Of a DNA stretch of 64,000 nucleotides, positions 1 to 9,137 are shown in pieces. Numbering within the stretch: position 1 is the first letter of the stretch; every line of letters starts with the position of its first letter. Source of the stretch: an uncultured Syntrophobacterales bacterium. GTDB taxonomy: Bacteria > Desulfobacterota > Binatia > UBA9968 > JAJDTQ01. The DNA lies in NCBI GenBank assembly GCA_964519455.1, contig CAZFIU010000022.1, positions 461 to 64,460 on the forward strand, in the 5' to 3' direction. The notes beneath the pieces are model-generated. The model worked only from the letters and a program-made list of their open reading frames with translations, did no database searches and had not been told where the DNA came from. A program made the translations under genes and the position numbers.

Positions 1-710
1 TCGATCATGGCGCCGTCGGCGCCCGCGTGCGACACCACCACATCAACCCTGGGCAATGACTCCAACCCCGCCACGTCGAACTCGGTGGCGGTGGTGTGAG
101 GCTTGACGGTGCGGTGGTAGTAACACACGCTGCCGTCGCCGTCGGCGAAGCCCAGGGGCCCGAGGTCCCGTCCCTGGAACGCCTCCACACGGTACGTCGC
201 CGTCTTGGTCAGGTCACGGGCGCCGTAGATGCGGTCGTTCAGCACCGCCAGCACCCCCTGCCCGCGGGATTCCGGTTCCGCCGCCACGCGCACCGCGTTG
301 AACAGGTTCAGGTAGCCGTCCGCGCCCAGCGCCGACGCGGGCCGCATGGACCCCACCAGCACCACCGGCCGGTCGGTCTTGAGGACCAGGTTCAGGAAGT
401 AGGCGGTCTCTTCCAGGGTGTTGGTGCCGTGGGTGATGACCGCGCCGTCCGCCTCGCCGCGCTCGAAGATCCCGTGCAGCAACCCCGCCAGGTCGAGCCA
501 GTCCCGGTCCACCAAGGCATGGCTCGGCAATCGGCGGAACGGCACCTGGTCCACCTCGGCAATACCCGCAAGCTCGGGAACGGAACCCACCAACTCGCCG
601 TCGCCGAGCCGCTTGTTGTTCTCGATGTACCAGGCGAGGTCGAGCCGGTCGGCGCCAACCGAGTCGATGGTGCCTCCCGTGAGGACTAGGGCAACTTTGG
701 GCAGGGTCAT
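1..710 (-). CDS. L-asparaginase family protein (N-terminal part only; the gene runs off the window start)
   Basis: Hand translation of the minus strand from the ATG at 708-710 gives MTLPKVALVLTGGTIDSVGAD...VVLVGSMRPASALGADGYLNLFNAV...GVLAVLNDRIYGARD, including the asparaginase TGGTI signature. It is absent from the ORF track because no stop codon falls inside the window. Confidence 0.7.
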   Translation of the reverse strand, partial: MTLPKVALVLTGGTIDSVGADRLDLAWYIENNKRLGDGELVGSVPELAGIAEVDQVPFRRLPSHALVDRDWLDLAGLLHGIFERGEADGAVITHGTNTLEETAYFLNLVLKTDRPVVLVGSMRPASALGADGYLNLFNAVRVAAEPESRGQGVLAVLNDRIYGARDLTKTATYRVEAFQGRDLGPLGFADGDGSVCYYHRTVKPHTTATEFDVAGLESLPRVDVVVSHAGADGAMI

Positions 711-969
711 CTCGTGGTCCCGTGTCGACGAACGGAATGCAGCGTCTGATATGCACAAACCGGGCACAAAAACCGGCAGGAACCTATCCGACAAACCATC
801 GGCTGTCAATTGGGCGTCGGTCGCTTCGAGTCAGGAACGAGAACCCTGTCGATACCTGGACGCCGTACTCGATCCACTACAACGTAATACGGAACCTGGA
901 AAAACAGTCATCCGAGTTCCGTTTTTCCAGGTTCCAAACGTTTCCGAGCTCATACGAGGGAGCGCCCGG

Positions 970-2889
970 TCATGGTTCAGCTCTCGTCCGAGGCAGCGTC
1001 ATCCGCACCACGATCGGGTCATGGTCGCTGGCGCGCGCGGCAGTTTCCGCGAACTCGGCGTTGACGTGGACGATATCGACTTCGGCGGACGCGCTCAGCG
1101 CGGGACTCACCAGAACGTGGTCCAGGGACTGGGCGTTGCCCTCGAAGATGTAGGTGTAGCGCTCATTCGGAGGCAGCGTTTCGGTGAGGTTCCGGAGGCT
1201 GCGTTCGAGGACCCGGAGCGGAGAGACGAACGCGAACTCGTTGAAGTCGCCGAGCACGACGATGGCGGCGTCGGGCTGTGCCGCGAGCCGCCGGGCGACG
1301 AACGTCCGCACGGTCTCGGCCTGTCTCCGGCGGTTCTTCAGGCCGCCGTTCACCGAGGGATCTTCCTGGCCCTCCGTGAAGGGCTGGACCTCGCCGAACA
1401 GCGGGCTGCTGCCGCGCTTGGAGTTGAAGTGGTTGTTGACCACGGTCACGAGAGCATGGTCGGAAGCGCGGCGCCTGAAGCTCGCCGCCAGCGGCAGGCG
1501 GCCGTTGAAGAACGGGTTGCGCGGGTTGGTGCGCTGGTCCGCCGGGTCCGTGACCGTGGCCACCGAGCCGGGGACGAGTTCCACCCGCGCCGGGTTGTAG
1601 AGGAACGCCGCGCGGATGTTGCCGCCCGGTTGGCCGCCGCTGGTGTCGTCGCCGATGAACGGGTGGTCGATGAAGCGGTAGCGCACCGCTCCCAGCGCGG
1701 CGATGCGCTCCACGAGCAGGCGCAGCGTGGCGCCGGCGGCCTTGACTCCGGTCTTGGCGGAGCCGTCGTTATCCTGGATCTCCTGGAGTGCCACGATGTC
1801 GGGGTGCCGAAGGTTGCGGGCGATGATTGACGCCACGGCGTCGAAACGGCCGCTCGCCACGTCCGTGTCGCCGTCAGCGTCGTTGGGGTCGAGGTTGAGC
1901 ACGTTGAAGGTGGCGATGGTGAGGTGGTCGCCGCCGCCCCGCAAGGACGTGACCTCGGGCTTCAGCCCGCCCCGCGTGCGCCTGAAGCGCTCGGTGAACC
2001 GCACCTCGTAGTTGCCGAAGCCGTAGCTCATCACGCCGGTAACGTCGCCCAGGGAGTCGCCGACCTGCACGTGCGGCGTCGCCATGGGACTCAGTCCGAA
2101 GTCGTCGTCGATCTGGATGCGCTCGGGGTTGAAGTCGTCCCGGCGCAGCGTGAGGGTGCCGCGCGGGCTCAAGCCAGACGGGGCCGTACCGCGGGCGCGC
2201 ACGAAGATCTCGCCGAAGCGGCTGGTGGGGCTCACGGCCACCGCGTCTCTGACGGTGACGCGCATGCCTTCGAGGGTCTCGTAGAAGTCGATGCCGTCTT
2301 CTGCCGGATCGAACACCGCGAACCCGTCGTTGTCGATGACCCGGCCGGGCGGGATGCGCCCTCCGGACCCCAGCACGACCGGGGCGGGAAGCCGGTTGCG
2401 GCGGGACAAGCGCGTGAGCCGCGGGCGGGTGATCTGGGTGATGGTGAGGTTGCGGGTGGCCGCGCCACCGGGCTGGAACTCCGTGACCACGCCGCGCACG
2501 CGCAGCCGGTCGCCGGTGGAGGCCGCCGGAGCCCTTCGTGTGAAGACGAAGATGCCGTCCGAGGTATCGGGGTCGCCGTCCCCCGACGGGTCCTGCAGGT
2601 AGAAGCCATCCGTATCCACGGCGGTCACGATGCCGGTGGTGACGACCCGCCGTCCGCGAAAAGGCGAGATGTGGCCGCGCCCCTGGATCCGCCCGACGGC
2701 AGTCTCGGCGGCGGCCTGCGCGACGCGCGGCTCGCGCGCCGGACCCGCGCCGCCGGATGGGTGGGAACCCTTCGTGGGGCTCGCGGCCAGCGCCACGACC
2801 GCGGCCAGCGCCACGACGAGCAGCGTCCCGACCGCGGCAAGCCGCCCCCGCGGCCCAGCCAAACTGGAACGTTTCATACCGTATCCCAT
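970..2889 (-). CDS. Secreted endonuclease/exonuclease/phosphatase (EEP) family nuclease with an N-terminal OB-fold-like region
   Basis: 639-aa ORF with a signal-peptide-like N-terminus (MKRSSLAGPRGRLAAVGTLLVVALAAVVALAAS). The C-terminal half has EEP motifs (LTIATFNVLNL, IVALQEIQDNDGS, VLGDFNEFAF, SDHDPIVVRM). Confidence 0.8.
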   Translation of the reverse strand: MGYGMKRSSLAGPRGRLAAVGTLLVVALAAVVALAASPTKGSHPSGGAGPAREPRVAQAAAETAVGRIQGRGHISPFRGRRVVTTGIVTAVDTDGFYLQDPSGDGDPDTSDGIFVFTRRAPAASTGDRLRVRGVVTEFQPGGAATRNLTITQITRPRLTRLSRRNRLPAPVVLGSGGRIPPGRVIDNDGFAVFDPAEDGIDFYETLEGMRVTVRDAVAVSPTSRFGEIFVRARGTAPSGLSPRGTLTLRRDDFNPERIQIDDDFGLSPMATPHVQVGDSLGDVTGVMSYGFGNYEVRFTERFRRTRGGLKPEVTSLRGGGDHLTIATFNVLNLDPNDADGDTDVASGRFDAVASIIARNLRHPDIVALQEIQDNDGSAKTGVKAAGATLRLLVERIAALGAVRYRFIDHPFIGDDTSGGQPGGNIRAAFLYNPARVELVPGSVATVTDPADQRTNPRNPFFNGRLPLAASFRRRASDHALVTVVNNHFNSKRGSSPLFGEVQPFTEGQEDPSVNGGLKNRRRQAETVRTFVARRLAAQPDAAIVVLGDFNEFAFVSPLRVLERSLRNLTETLPPNERYTYIFEGNAQSLDHVLVSPALSASAEVDIVHVNAEFAETAARASDHDPIVVRMTLPRTRAEP

Positions 2890-2949
2890 GCCGACACCGT
2901 GTAGCAGGGTGGGTGCGGACCCTCAAAACGGCGGCCAATCGCCACAGGT

Positions 2950-3175
2950 TTCGTCAGGCTCCGAGGGTTGTCATCCCCGCGGATTCCCGCTTCCCAGACT
3001 GTGTCAAAACTCCGCTCGGAAAAGAAATGCTACCCATCCCCTGAACCGTCATTCCCGCGGAAGCGGGAATCCAGGGGTGGAGAGGGGCAAAACGGCGTAT
3101 TCCCCCCGCCTCACCCCGCCTGGATTCCCGCTTCCGCGGGAATGACGAATCGAGGGATCCGTGCCTCATGAGTCG
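2950..3175 (+). repeat. MITE/REP-like palindromic element, copy 1 (right end truncated)
   Basis: Contains cagactgtgtcaaaactccgctcgg, then hairpin gtcattcccgcggaagcgggaatccagg, a spacer, and the inverse hairpin cctggattcccgcttccgcgggaatgac. It matches nine other loci in the window. Confidence 0.85.
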
Positions 3176-3256
3176 TGATTCTTCGTTGCCTATTCCCCCT
3201 CCCGGCAGTATGCTGCAAGTGTGAGGTCAAGCGTGGTCTGGTGTTGCGTCCCTTTC

Positions 3257-3267
3257 GGAAAGGAGGG
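3257..3267 (+). promoter_or_regulatory. Shine-Dalgarno sequence (ggaaaggaggg) 7 nt upstream of the ATG at 3274
   Basis: Purine-rich AGGAGG core at the correct spacing before MSVIMIYEG. Confidence 0.6.
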
Positions 3268-3273
3268 CTCGTC

Positions 3274-4089
3274 ATGTCGGTCATCATGATCTACGAAGGT
3301 ATCCACGGCGCGGAGGCAGTCGCCAACCGGGTCGCGAAGTCCCTGAGCTACAAGTGCGTGGGACGTCAGGATCTGGCGGCCACTCTGCCGAACTACGGCG
3401 TGCCGCGCGCCAAGCTCGACGACATCACGGAGAAGGAGCCGCACTGGTGGGAACAGTGGCTGCAGGACTTGCGGCCCTACCGCATCGCGCTGCAGGCCGC
3501 CATGTGCGAGATGGCTCAGGCCGGCCCGATGGTCTACCACGGACACGTGGGCCACGAGCTGCTCCCCGGAGTCGCCCATGTGCTCAAGGTGTTCCTGACC
3601 GGTCCCATGGAGCTGCGCATCGACCTGCTGCGGTCGCGGCTGGCGGTGGACGAGGGCACCATCCGCAAGCAGCTCGAGCACACCGATCGGGCGCGCAGCC
3701 GGCGGCTCATGTCCCTGTTCGGCCACGACTGGCAGGACCCGAACCGCTACCACTTGGTGCTCAATCTCTCCATGGGCGTGGACGCCGCCAGTGAGGTCAT
3801 CGGCACCGCCGCCCGGCTCCCGGCGTTCGTTGAGACACCAGCCTCCAAGCAAGCCTTCGAAGACTTGGCACTGGCCAGGAAGACCCAGGCGACACTGCTT
3901 CAGTCCGACTTGTACCGCGGCCTGCCCATCGACGTGAAGGCGCACGACGGGACCGTGACGGTGTCCGGCATGGTCTCCCCGCCGGTTACCGTGGAAGGAG
4001 TGGTGGCGGCCGTCAAGAGCATCCCGGACGTCACCAAGGTGACCGCGAATCTCGTGGTGGTGCCGCGCAGCCATTCCGACATCGAATAG
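3274..4089 (+). CDS. Cytidylate kinase-like family protein with a C-terminal BON domain
   Basis: The internal start MSVIMIYEG follows an RBS. The body resembles the cytidylate-kinase-like AAA family, and the tail (DVKAHDGTVTVSGMV...VTANLVVV) is BON-like. The ORF-track start at 3175 is judged too long. Confidence 0.7.
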   Translation: MSVIMIYEGIHGAEAVANRVAKSLSYKCVGRQDLAATLPNYGVPRAKLDDITEKEPHWWEQWLQDLRPYRIALQAAMCEMAQAGPMVYHGHVGHELLPGVAHVLKVFLTGPMELRIDLLRSRLAVDEGTIRKQLEHTDRARSRRLMSLFGHDWQDPNRYHLVLNLSMGVDAASEVIGTAARLPAFVETPASKQAFEDLALARKTQATLLQSDLYRGLPIDVKAHDGTVTVSGMVSPPVTVEGVVAAVKSIPDVTKVTANLVVVPRSHSDIE

Positions 4090-4099
4090 CCGAGCCGAT

Positions 4100-5545
4100 A
4101 TGCCCAAGAGCCTGCGTACGTTCCTTGAAGACTGCCGCCGTGAGATCCCGGCCGAGGTAGTGCACGTCGAGCGGGAGGTGGACCCCGCCCGCTACGACGT
4201 GAGCGCCATCATCAAGCACCTGGGCGCCGCCCGGAAGTTCCCCATGCTGATCTTCGAGCGCCCGCGCAACCTGCACGGCCGGGTCGGCGACTTCAAGCTG
4301 GTGATGAATTTCACCATCTCCCAGCGCAAGACCCAGATCGCGCTCGGCCTGCCCAAGGAGATGACGCGCGCGCGGATGGCCGAGGCGTGCGTGGACATCG
4401 AGCGCAACCGCGTGGCGCCGGTGGTGGTGGAGAACGGCGAGGCGCCGGTGATGGAGAACGTCCGGAGCGGCGGCGACGTGGACCTCTACGAGCTCCCCAT
4501 CATGCGCCACCACTACATGGACGGCGGCCCGTACATCACGCTGTGCACCATCGCCAAGGACCGCCGCCAAGGCATCTACAACGCCTCGTATCACCGCATG
4601 GAGATCAAGTCGAAGAACCACACCTCCCACTACCACTCGCAACACCACCAGTGGATCATCTTCCGCGACTACGAGGACCAGGGCCTGGAATGTCCGGTGG
4701 CCACGGTGCTGGGACACCACCCGGCGTTCTACATGGGCGCGTGCTACACCGGCCCCTTCGAGGTGAGCGAATACGACGTCATCGGCGCCTATCTGGGCGA
4801 GCCGCTGCGCGTGACGCCGTCCACCACCTGGGGCGAGGACCTGCTGATACCCGCGGACGCGGAGATCGTCATCGAGGGCGCGCTGATCCCCGGCGAGCGC
4901 ATCGTCGACGGCCCCTTCGGGGAAGCGCCGGGCTACCTGGGACCGCAACGGTTCTTCTCCGCCTGCCGCTACGAGGTGCGCGCCATCAACTTCCGCAACC
5001 ACGCCATGTACCAGTCGGTGATCACGCCCGAGGGCGACAAGCCCTGGCTCGACCTGCCGCGGGAAGGCGCCTACCTGCGGCGCATCCGCGAGGCCGTGCC
5101 CGGCGTCACCGCCGTGTGCAAGGCCGGCCGCCACGCCCACTACAACATCTTCATCGCCATGAAGAAGCTCTCCGAAGGCGACCCCGGCCGCGCCGCGGCC
5201 GCCGCCCTCACCGAGCTCCACGCCAAGCACGTCTTCGTCTTCGACGACGACATCGACGTCTACAACCCCACGGAGATCCTGTGGGCCCTGGCCACCCGCG
5301 TGCAGCCCCACCGGCAGGTGTCCATCATGCAGCCCACCTTCACCGGCAACTACCTCGACCCCACGGTGGTGGACGAGACCAAGACCTCGGTGATGATCGT
5401 CGACGCCACCCGCCCCCTGGACCGGCCCTTCTCCCCCGTCTCCAAGGTCCCGGACGAGGCCATGGCCCGCATCAAGGTGGAAGACTACATCCCCGGCGAA
5501 GTGCTCGCGCACATCCCCGTGGACCGCACCACGTACTGGTCCTGA
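4100..5545 (+). CDS. UbiD-family (prFMN-dependent) decarboxylase
   Basis: 481 aa with full-length resemblance to the UbiD / 3-octaprenyl-4-hydroxybenzoate carboxy-lyase family (e.g. ...HRMEIKSKNHTSHYHSQHHQWIIFRDYED..., ...ILWALATRVQPHRQV...). Confidence 0.9.
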   Translation: MPKSLRTFLEDCRREIPAEVVHVEREVDPARYDVSAIIKHLGAARKFPMLIFERPRNLHGRVGDFKLVMNFTISQRKTQIALGLPKEMTRARMAEACVDIERNRVAPVVVENGEAPVMENVRSGGDVDLYELPIMRHHYMDGGPYITLCTIAKDRRQGIYNASYHRMEIKSKNHTSHYHSQHHQWIIFRDYEDQGLECPVATVLGHHPAFYMGACYTGPFEVSEYDVIGAYLGEPLRVTPSTTWGEDLLIPADAEIVIEGALIPGERIVDGPFGEAPGYLGPQRFFSACRYEVRAINFRNHAMYQSVITPEGDKPWLDLPREGAYLRRIREAVPGVTAVCKAGRHAHYNIFIAMKKLSEGDPGRAAAAALTELHAKHVFVFDDDIDVYNPTEILWALATRVQPHRQVSIMQPTFTGNYLDPTVVDETKTSVMIVDATRPLDRPFSPVSKVPDEAMARIKVEDYIPGEVLAHIPVDRTTYWS

Positions 5546-5579
5546 ACCGCCGGACGTTCACCACCCGTCAGTCCTGCCT

Positions 5580-5995
5580 CCCAGGCTGTGCCACACTCAT
5601 GAGGTAGAGACCCCTCGGATCTTCATTCCCACGGAACTGGGTGTGTCAATGCTCCACTCGGACACGCAAATGGCACCACACCCCGAATCGTCATTCCCGC
5701 GGAAGCGGGAATCCAGGGGTGGTGGGTGTGGCGGCCTCATTGCCCGGCCCCACCCCGCCTGGATTCCCGCTTCCGCGGGAATGACTCATTGGGGTGTAGT
5801 GGGATTTCGTAACTATCAGAGATCATTGAACAAGATTTTATTTCCATATCAATGACGATTCGGTGGGGTGTCTGCCTCATGAGTTTTGACACAGCCTGTT
5901 CCGCGGGAATGACGTATTATTCGTAATATCTCTGCGTGGAGAGTTTTGACACAGCCCCGGAAGTGGGAATCCGGACGGGGCAAGGCGGGGAGTAC
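5580..5995 (+). repeat. MITE/REP-like palindromic element, copy 2 (full length, right terminal inverted repeat duplicated)
   Basis: The left end (gtgtgtcaatgctccactcggacacgcaaatggcacc) is followed by both hairpins, a tail (...atcattgaacaagattttatttccatatcaatgac...), and the right inverted repeat gagttttgacacagcc, which occurs twice (about 5881 and 5941). Confidence 0.85.
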
Positions 5996-6078
5996 TCCGT
6001 CTCGCGGCCCGCACGGCGATCTGCTACAGATGATCGAGTCCGCCGCAAGAACCCGCGCAACCGCCCACCGAGGAACCC

Positions 6079-8823
6079 ATGAACGAGATCGAGATTCAAT
6101 TCGAGCTGAACGGCCAGGCGCGCCGCGCCACCGTGGCGCCGGAGCTTCTGCTGGCGGACTTCCTGCGCCGCGACTTGGAGCTCAAGGGCACGAAGACGAG
6201 CTGCGAGGTGGAGGTGTGCGGTTCCTGCACGGTGCTGGTGGACGGCCGCCCGGTGAGCGCGTGCACGACCCTGGCGCACGAGGTCAACGGGCGCTCGCTG
6301 ACGACCATCGAGGGTCTCGGCAGCGACGATGCGTTGGACCCGGTGCAGGAAGCGTTCTGGGAGGAAGGCGGGTTCGAGTGCGGCTTCTGTACGCCGGGCA
6401 TGATCCTGGCCGCCCGGGCTCTGCTGGACGAGAATCCCGACCCCTCGGAAGAGGAAATCAAGGCCGCCCTGGACGGCAACATCTGCCGGTGCACCGGCTA
6501 TCGGTCCATCATCCGGTCGGTGGACCGGGCCGCGGCGCTGCTGCGCGGGCAGGAGACGCCGGCGCCGAGGCCGCTCGACGAGCGCCGCCTCGACGGCGCC
6601 GCCAAGGTCCGCGGCGAGCCCGTGTACACCGCCGACCTGACGTACCCGGGCATGCTCTACGGGCGGGTCCTGCGCAGCCCCCACGCCCATGCGCGCATCC
6701 TCGGCATCGACACTTCCGCGGCCGAAGCGCATCCCGGCGTGGTGGCGGTGCTCACCGTCGCGGACCTCGCGGACATCGAGCACTACCACGGCCCGCTGGT
6801 GAAGGACACGCCGGTGCTGGCCACGGACAAGGTCCGTTACGAGGGCGACGCGGTGGCGGCGGTGGCGGCCGAGACCCTGGAGACGGCCACCGCGGCGCTG
6901 GCACTCATCCGGGTGGAATACGAGCCCCTGCCGGCGCTGATGACCATGGACGAGGCGCTGGACCCCGCTGCCCTGCCCATCCACGAGTCCGTCAGCGACG
7001 ACGCCCCGAGCTTTCCCGGGTATCCCGGCGTCGACGACGAGGCCAAGAAATACGCCAACGTGAGCTTCCACTACGAGCGCGGCAAGGGGGACGTCGACGA
7101 AGGGTTCGCCGCCTCGGAGCGGGTCTTCGAGCACACCTTCGATTTCCCCAAGATCGCCCACTACTCCATGGAGCCGCAGCTCGCCGTGGCCGAGTGGCGC
7201 GAGGACGGGTTCACCGTGTGGGCGTCCACCCAGCATCAGTTCATCGTGCGCAACGAGCTGGCGGAGATGTTCGGCGTGCCGCGCGAGCGCGCGCGGGTGG
7301 TGGTGCCGCTGGTGGGGGGCACCTACGGCAACAAGAACCACACCAAGCTCGAGCCCCTGGCGGTGGCGCTGTCCCGCAAGGCCGGACGGCGGGTGTTCCT
7401 GCACCTGTCGCTGGAAGAGGAGTCGCGCATCGTGAGCAAGCCGGCCGCGCGCGTCCGCATCCGCACCGGCGTGGACCGGGACGGGAAACTCGTGGCGCGG
7501 GACTGCCTGGTGTACGTGGACGGCGGCGCCTACTCGGACTCGGGTCCGCGAGTCACGCAGAAGGCGGGCTACCGCGCGCCCGGCCCGTACCGCATCCCAC
7601 ACCTCCGTTCCCACGCCTACACCGTCTACACCAACACCGTGCCGGCCGGCGCGTTCCGGGGCATGGGCACGCCACAGGTGGTGTGGGCCTACGAGTCGCA
7701 GATGGACATCATCGCGCGGGAGATGGGCTGGGACCCGGTGGAGTTCCGGCTCAAGAACCTGCTCGACAAAGGCGAAGACTTCGCCCCCGGCGAGACCCCC
7801 CTGGACACCGACCTCAAGGAAGGACTCCTGCGCGCCGCCAGGGAGATCGGCTGGGGGCAGGAGCTGGAGCCGGACTGCGGCATCGGCGTCACTTGCGGCT
7901 GCAAGGACGGCGGCGGCAACTTCAAGATCTCGTCCGCGCGGGTGGAGGTGGACGACGGCGGCGCCATCACCCTGCACGAGGGCACCATCGAGATCGGCCA
8001 GGGCTCCCACACCGCCATGGCGCGCATCACCGCCCAGGAGCTGGGCGTGCGCCCCTCGGCCGTGCAAGTGGCGTCCCTGGACACCGACTCGACCCCCTTC
8101 GACATGGGCACCTACGCCAGCAGCGCCACCACGGTCATGGGGCTGGCGGTGCAGAAGGCCGCCCGTGCCGTCCGCGACCAGCTCGTCGAGGCCGCCCGCT
8201 CCATGGGCAAGAGCCCCGACGCCGCCGCCACCCTGGCCAACGGCGAGGTGCGCCTGGCGGAGATCGCCTTTCCCTTCTCCGCGCTGGTACGGCACGTCAA
8301 GGGTGAGGGCGGCGTCATCACCGGAGAAGGCCGGCAGGTGAGCGAACGCGATCCCGACGCCCCCCTCGGCGCCCGGGCGCCGTTCTGGGAGGTGGGATGG
8401 GGCGCCGCCAAGGTGCACGTGGACCGGGACACCGGCGACGTGCGCGTGCTCAAGTACGTCGGCATCGCCGACGCCGGCAAGGCCATCAACCCCCAGCAGT
8501 GCCACACCCAGGAGCAGGGCGCGTTCCTGCAGGGGCTGGGCCAGGCGCTGTTCGAGGAGACCGTGTACGAGAACGGCCTGATGCTCACCCCCGACGCCCT
8601 CACCTACCGCCTGCCGAAGATCTCCGACCTGCCGGACCAGCAGGTCAACATCCTCTTCGAGAACGGCAACGGCGCCGGCCCCTACGGCGCAAAGGGGCTG
8701 GGCGAGAGCGGCATCCTGCCCGTTCCCTCGGCCATCGCCAACGCCGTGGACCAGGCCGTGGGCGTGCGCATCACCGACCTGCCCATCACCGGAGAGAAAA
8801 TCTGGCGGGCGTTGAGGAAATAA
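6079..8823 (+). CDS. MOP-type aldehyde oxidoreductase: 2Fe-2S ferredoxin domains fused to a molybdopterin-binding (xanthine dehydrogenase family) domain
   Basis: The N-terminus carries CoxS-like cysteine motifs (CEVEVCGSCTV, CGFCTPGM, CRCTGY). The rest aligns with the Mo-hydroxylase large-subunit family (GTYGNKNHTK, AGAFRGMGTPQ). No FAD-subunit gene is adjacent. Confidence 0.9.
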   Translation: MNEIEIQFELNGQARRATVAPELLLADFLRRDLELKGTKTSCEVEVCGSCTVLVDGRPVSACTTLAHEVNGRSLTTIEGLGSDDALDPVQEAFWEEGGFECGFCTPGMILAARALLDENPDPSEEEIKAALDGNICRCTGYRSIIRSVDRAAALLRGQETPAPRPLDERRLDGAAKVRGEPVYTADLTYPGMLYGRVLRSPHAHARILGIDTSAAEAHPGVVAVLTVADLADIEHYHGPLVKDTPVLATDKVRYEGDAVAAVAAETLETATAALALIRVEYEPLPALMTMDEALDPAALPIHESVSDDAPSFPGYPGVDDEAKKYANVSFHYERGKGDVDEGFAASERVFEHTFDFPKIAHYSMEPQLAVAEWREDGFTVWASTQHQFIVRNELAEMFGVPRERARVVVPLVGGTYGNKNHTKLEPLAVALSRKAGRRVFLHLSLEEESRIVSKPAARVRIRTGVDRDGKLVARDCLVYVDGGAYSDSGPRVTQKAGYRAPGPYRIPHLRSHAYTVYTNTVPAGAFRGMGTPQVVWAYESQMDIIAREMGWDPVEFRLKNLLDKGEDFAPGETPLDTDLKEGLLRAAREIGWGQELEPDCGIGVTCGCKDGGGNFKISSARVEVDDGGAITLHEGTIEIGQGSHTAMARITAQELGVRPSAVQVASLDTDSTPFDMGTYASSATTVMGLAVQKAARAVRDQLVEAARSMGKSPDAAATLANGEVRLAEIAFPFSALVRHVKGEGGVITGEGRQVSERDPDAPLGARAPFWEVGWGAAKVHVDRDTGDVRVLKYVGIADAGKAINPQQCHTQEQGAFLQGLGQALFEETVYENGLMLTPDALTYRLPKISDLPDQQVNILFENGNGAGPYGAKGLGESGILPVPSAIANAVDQAVGVRITDLPITGEKIWRALRK

Positions 8824-9112
8824 TCCGTCATTCCCGGCTCCCTCCGTCATTCCCGCTTTCCAGGCTGTGTCAAAACCCCGCTCGGCTACGAAGTGGAAGT
8901 GGCACCGCCACCCCATATCGTCATTCCCGCGCAAGCTTGCCCTCGACTCCGATCGGGGGCGGGAATCCATGGGTGGGGGGTGTGGCGACCTCACTGCCCG
9001 GCCCCACCCCGCCTGGATTCCCGCTTCCGCGGGAATGACTCATTGGGATGTAGCGGGGTTCCGTAACTACCAGAAATCATTGAACAAGACTTTATTTTCA
9101 TATCAATGACCC
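8824..9112 (+). repeat. MITE/REP-like palindromic element, copy 3
   Basis: Same architecture as copy 2. Hairpin 1 carries an insertion (tcattcccgcgcaagcttgccctcgactccgatcgggggcgggaatcc), and the right inverted repeat is missing. Confidence 0.85.
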
Positions 9113-9137
9113 GGAGGCGGCCAGCACGCCTAATTTC

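Noticed and set aside
418-1830. 470-aa plus-strand ORF overlapping the EEP nuclease gene
   Set aside because: Low-complexity, Arg/Ala/Ser-rich translation antisense to a gene with clear family motifs. This is a typical high-GC antisense artefact.
2968-3171. Short ORFs of 60-140 aa inside every repeat copy (e.g. 2968..3171, 5643..5855, 8867..9109, 15401..15763, 30277..30483, 34227..34655, 62781..63122)
   Set aside because: They all translate the same palindromic DNA into recurring peptides (SFPRKRESRGG, HPAWIPASAGMT, PPGFPLPRE). They lack RBSs and vary in frame between copies. They are products of the repeat, not genes.
5917-8994. 1025-aa minus-strand ORF and 786-aa plus-strand ORF (5946..8306) overlapping the MOP oxidoreductase gene
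   Set aside because: Both translations are Gly/Arg/Ala-rich low-complexity sequence with no domain motifs. The +1-frame protein at 6079..8823 has unambiguous 2Fe-2S and Moco signatures.
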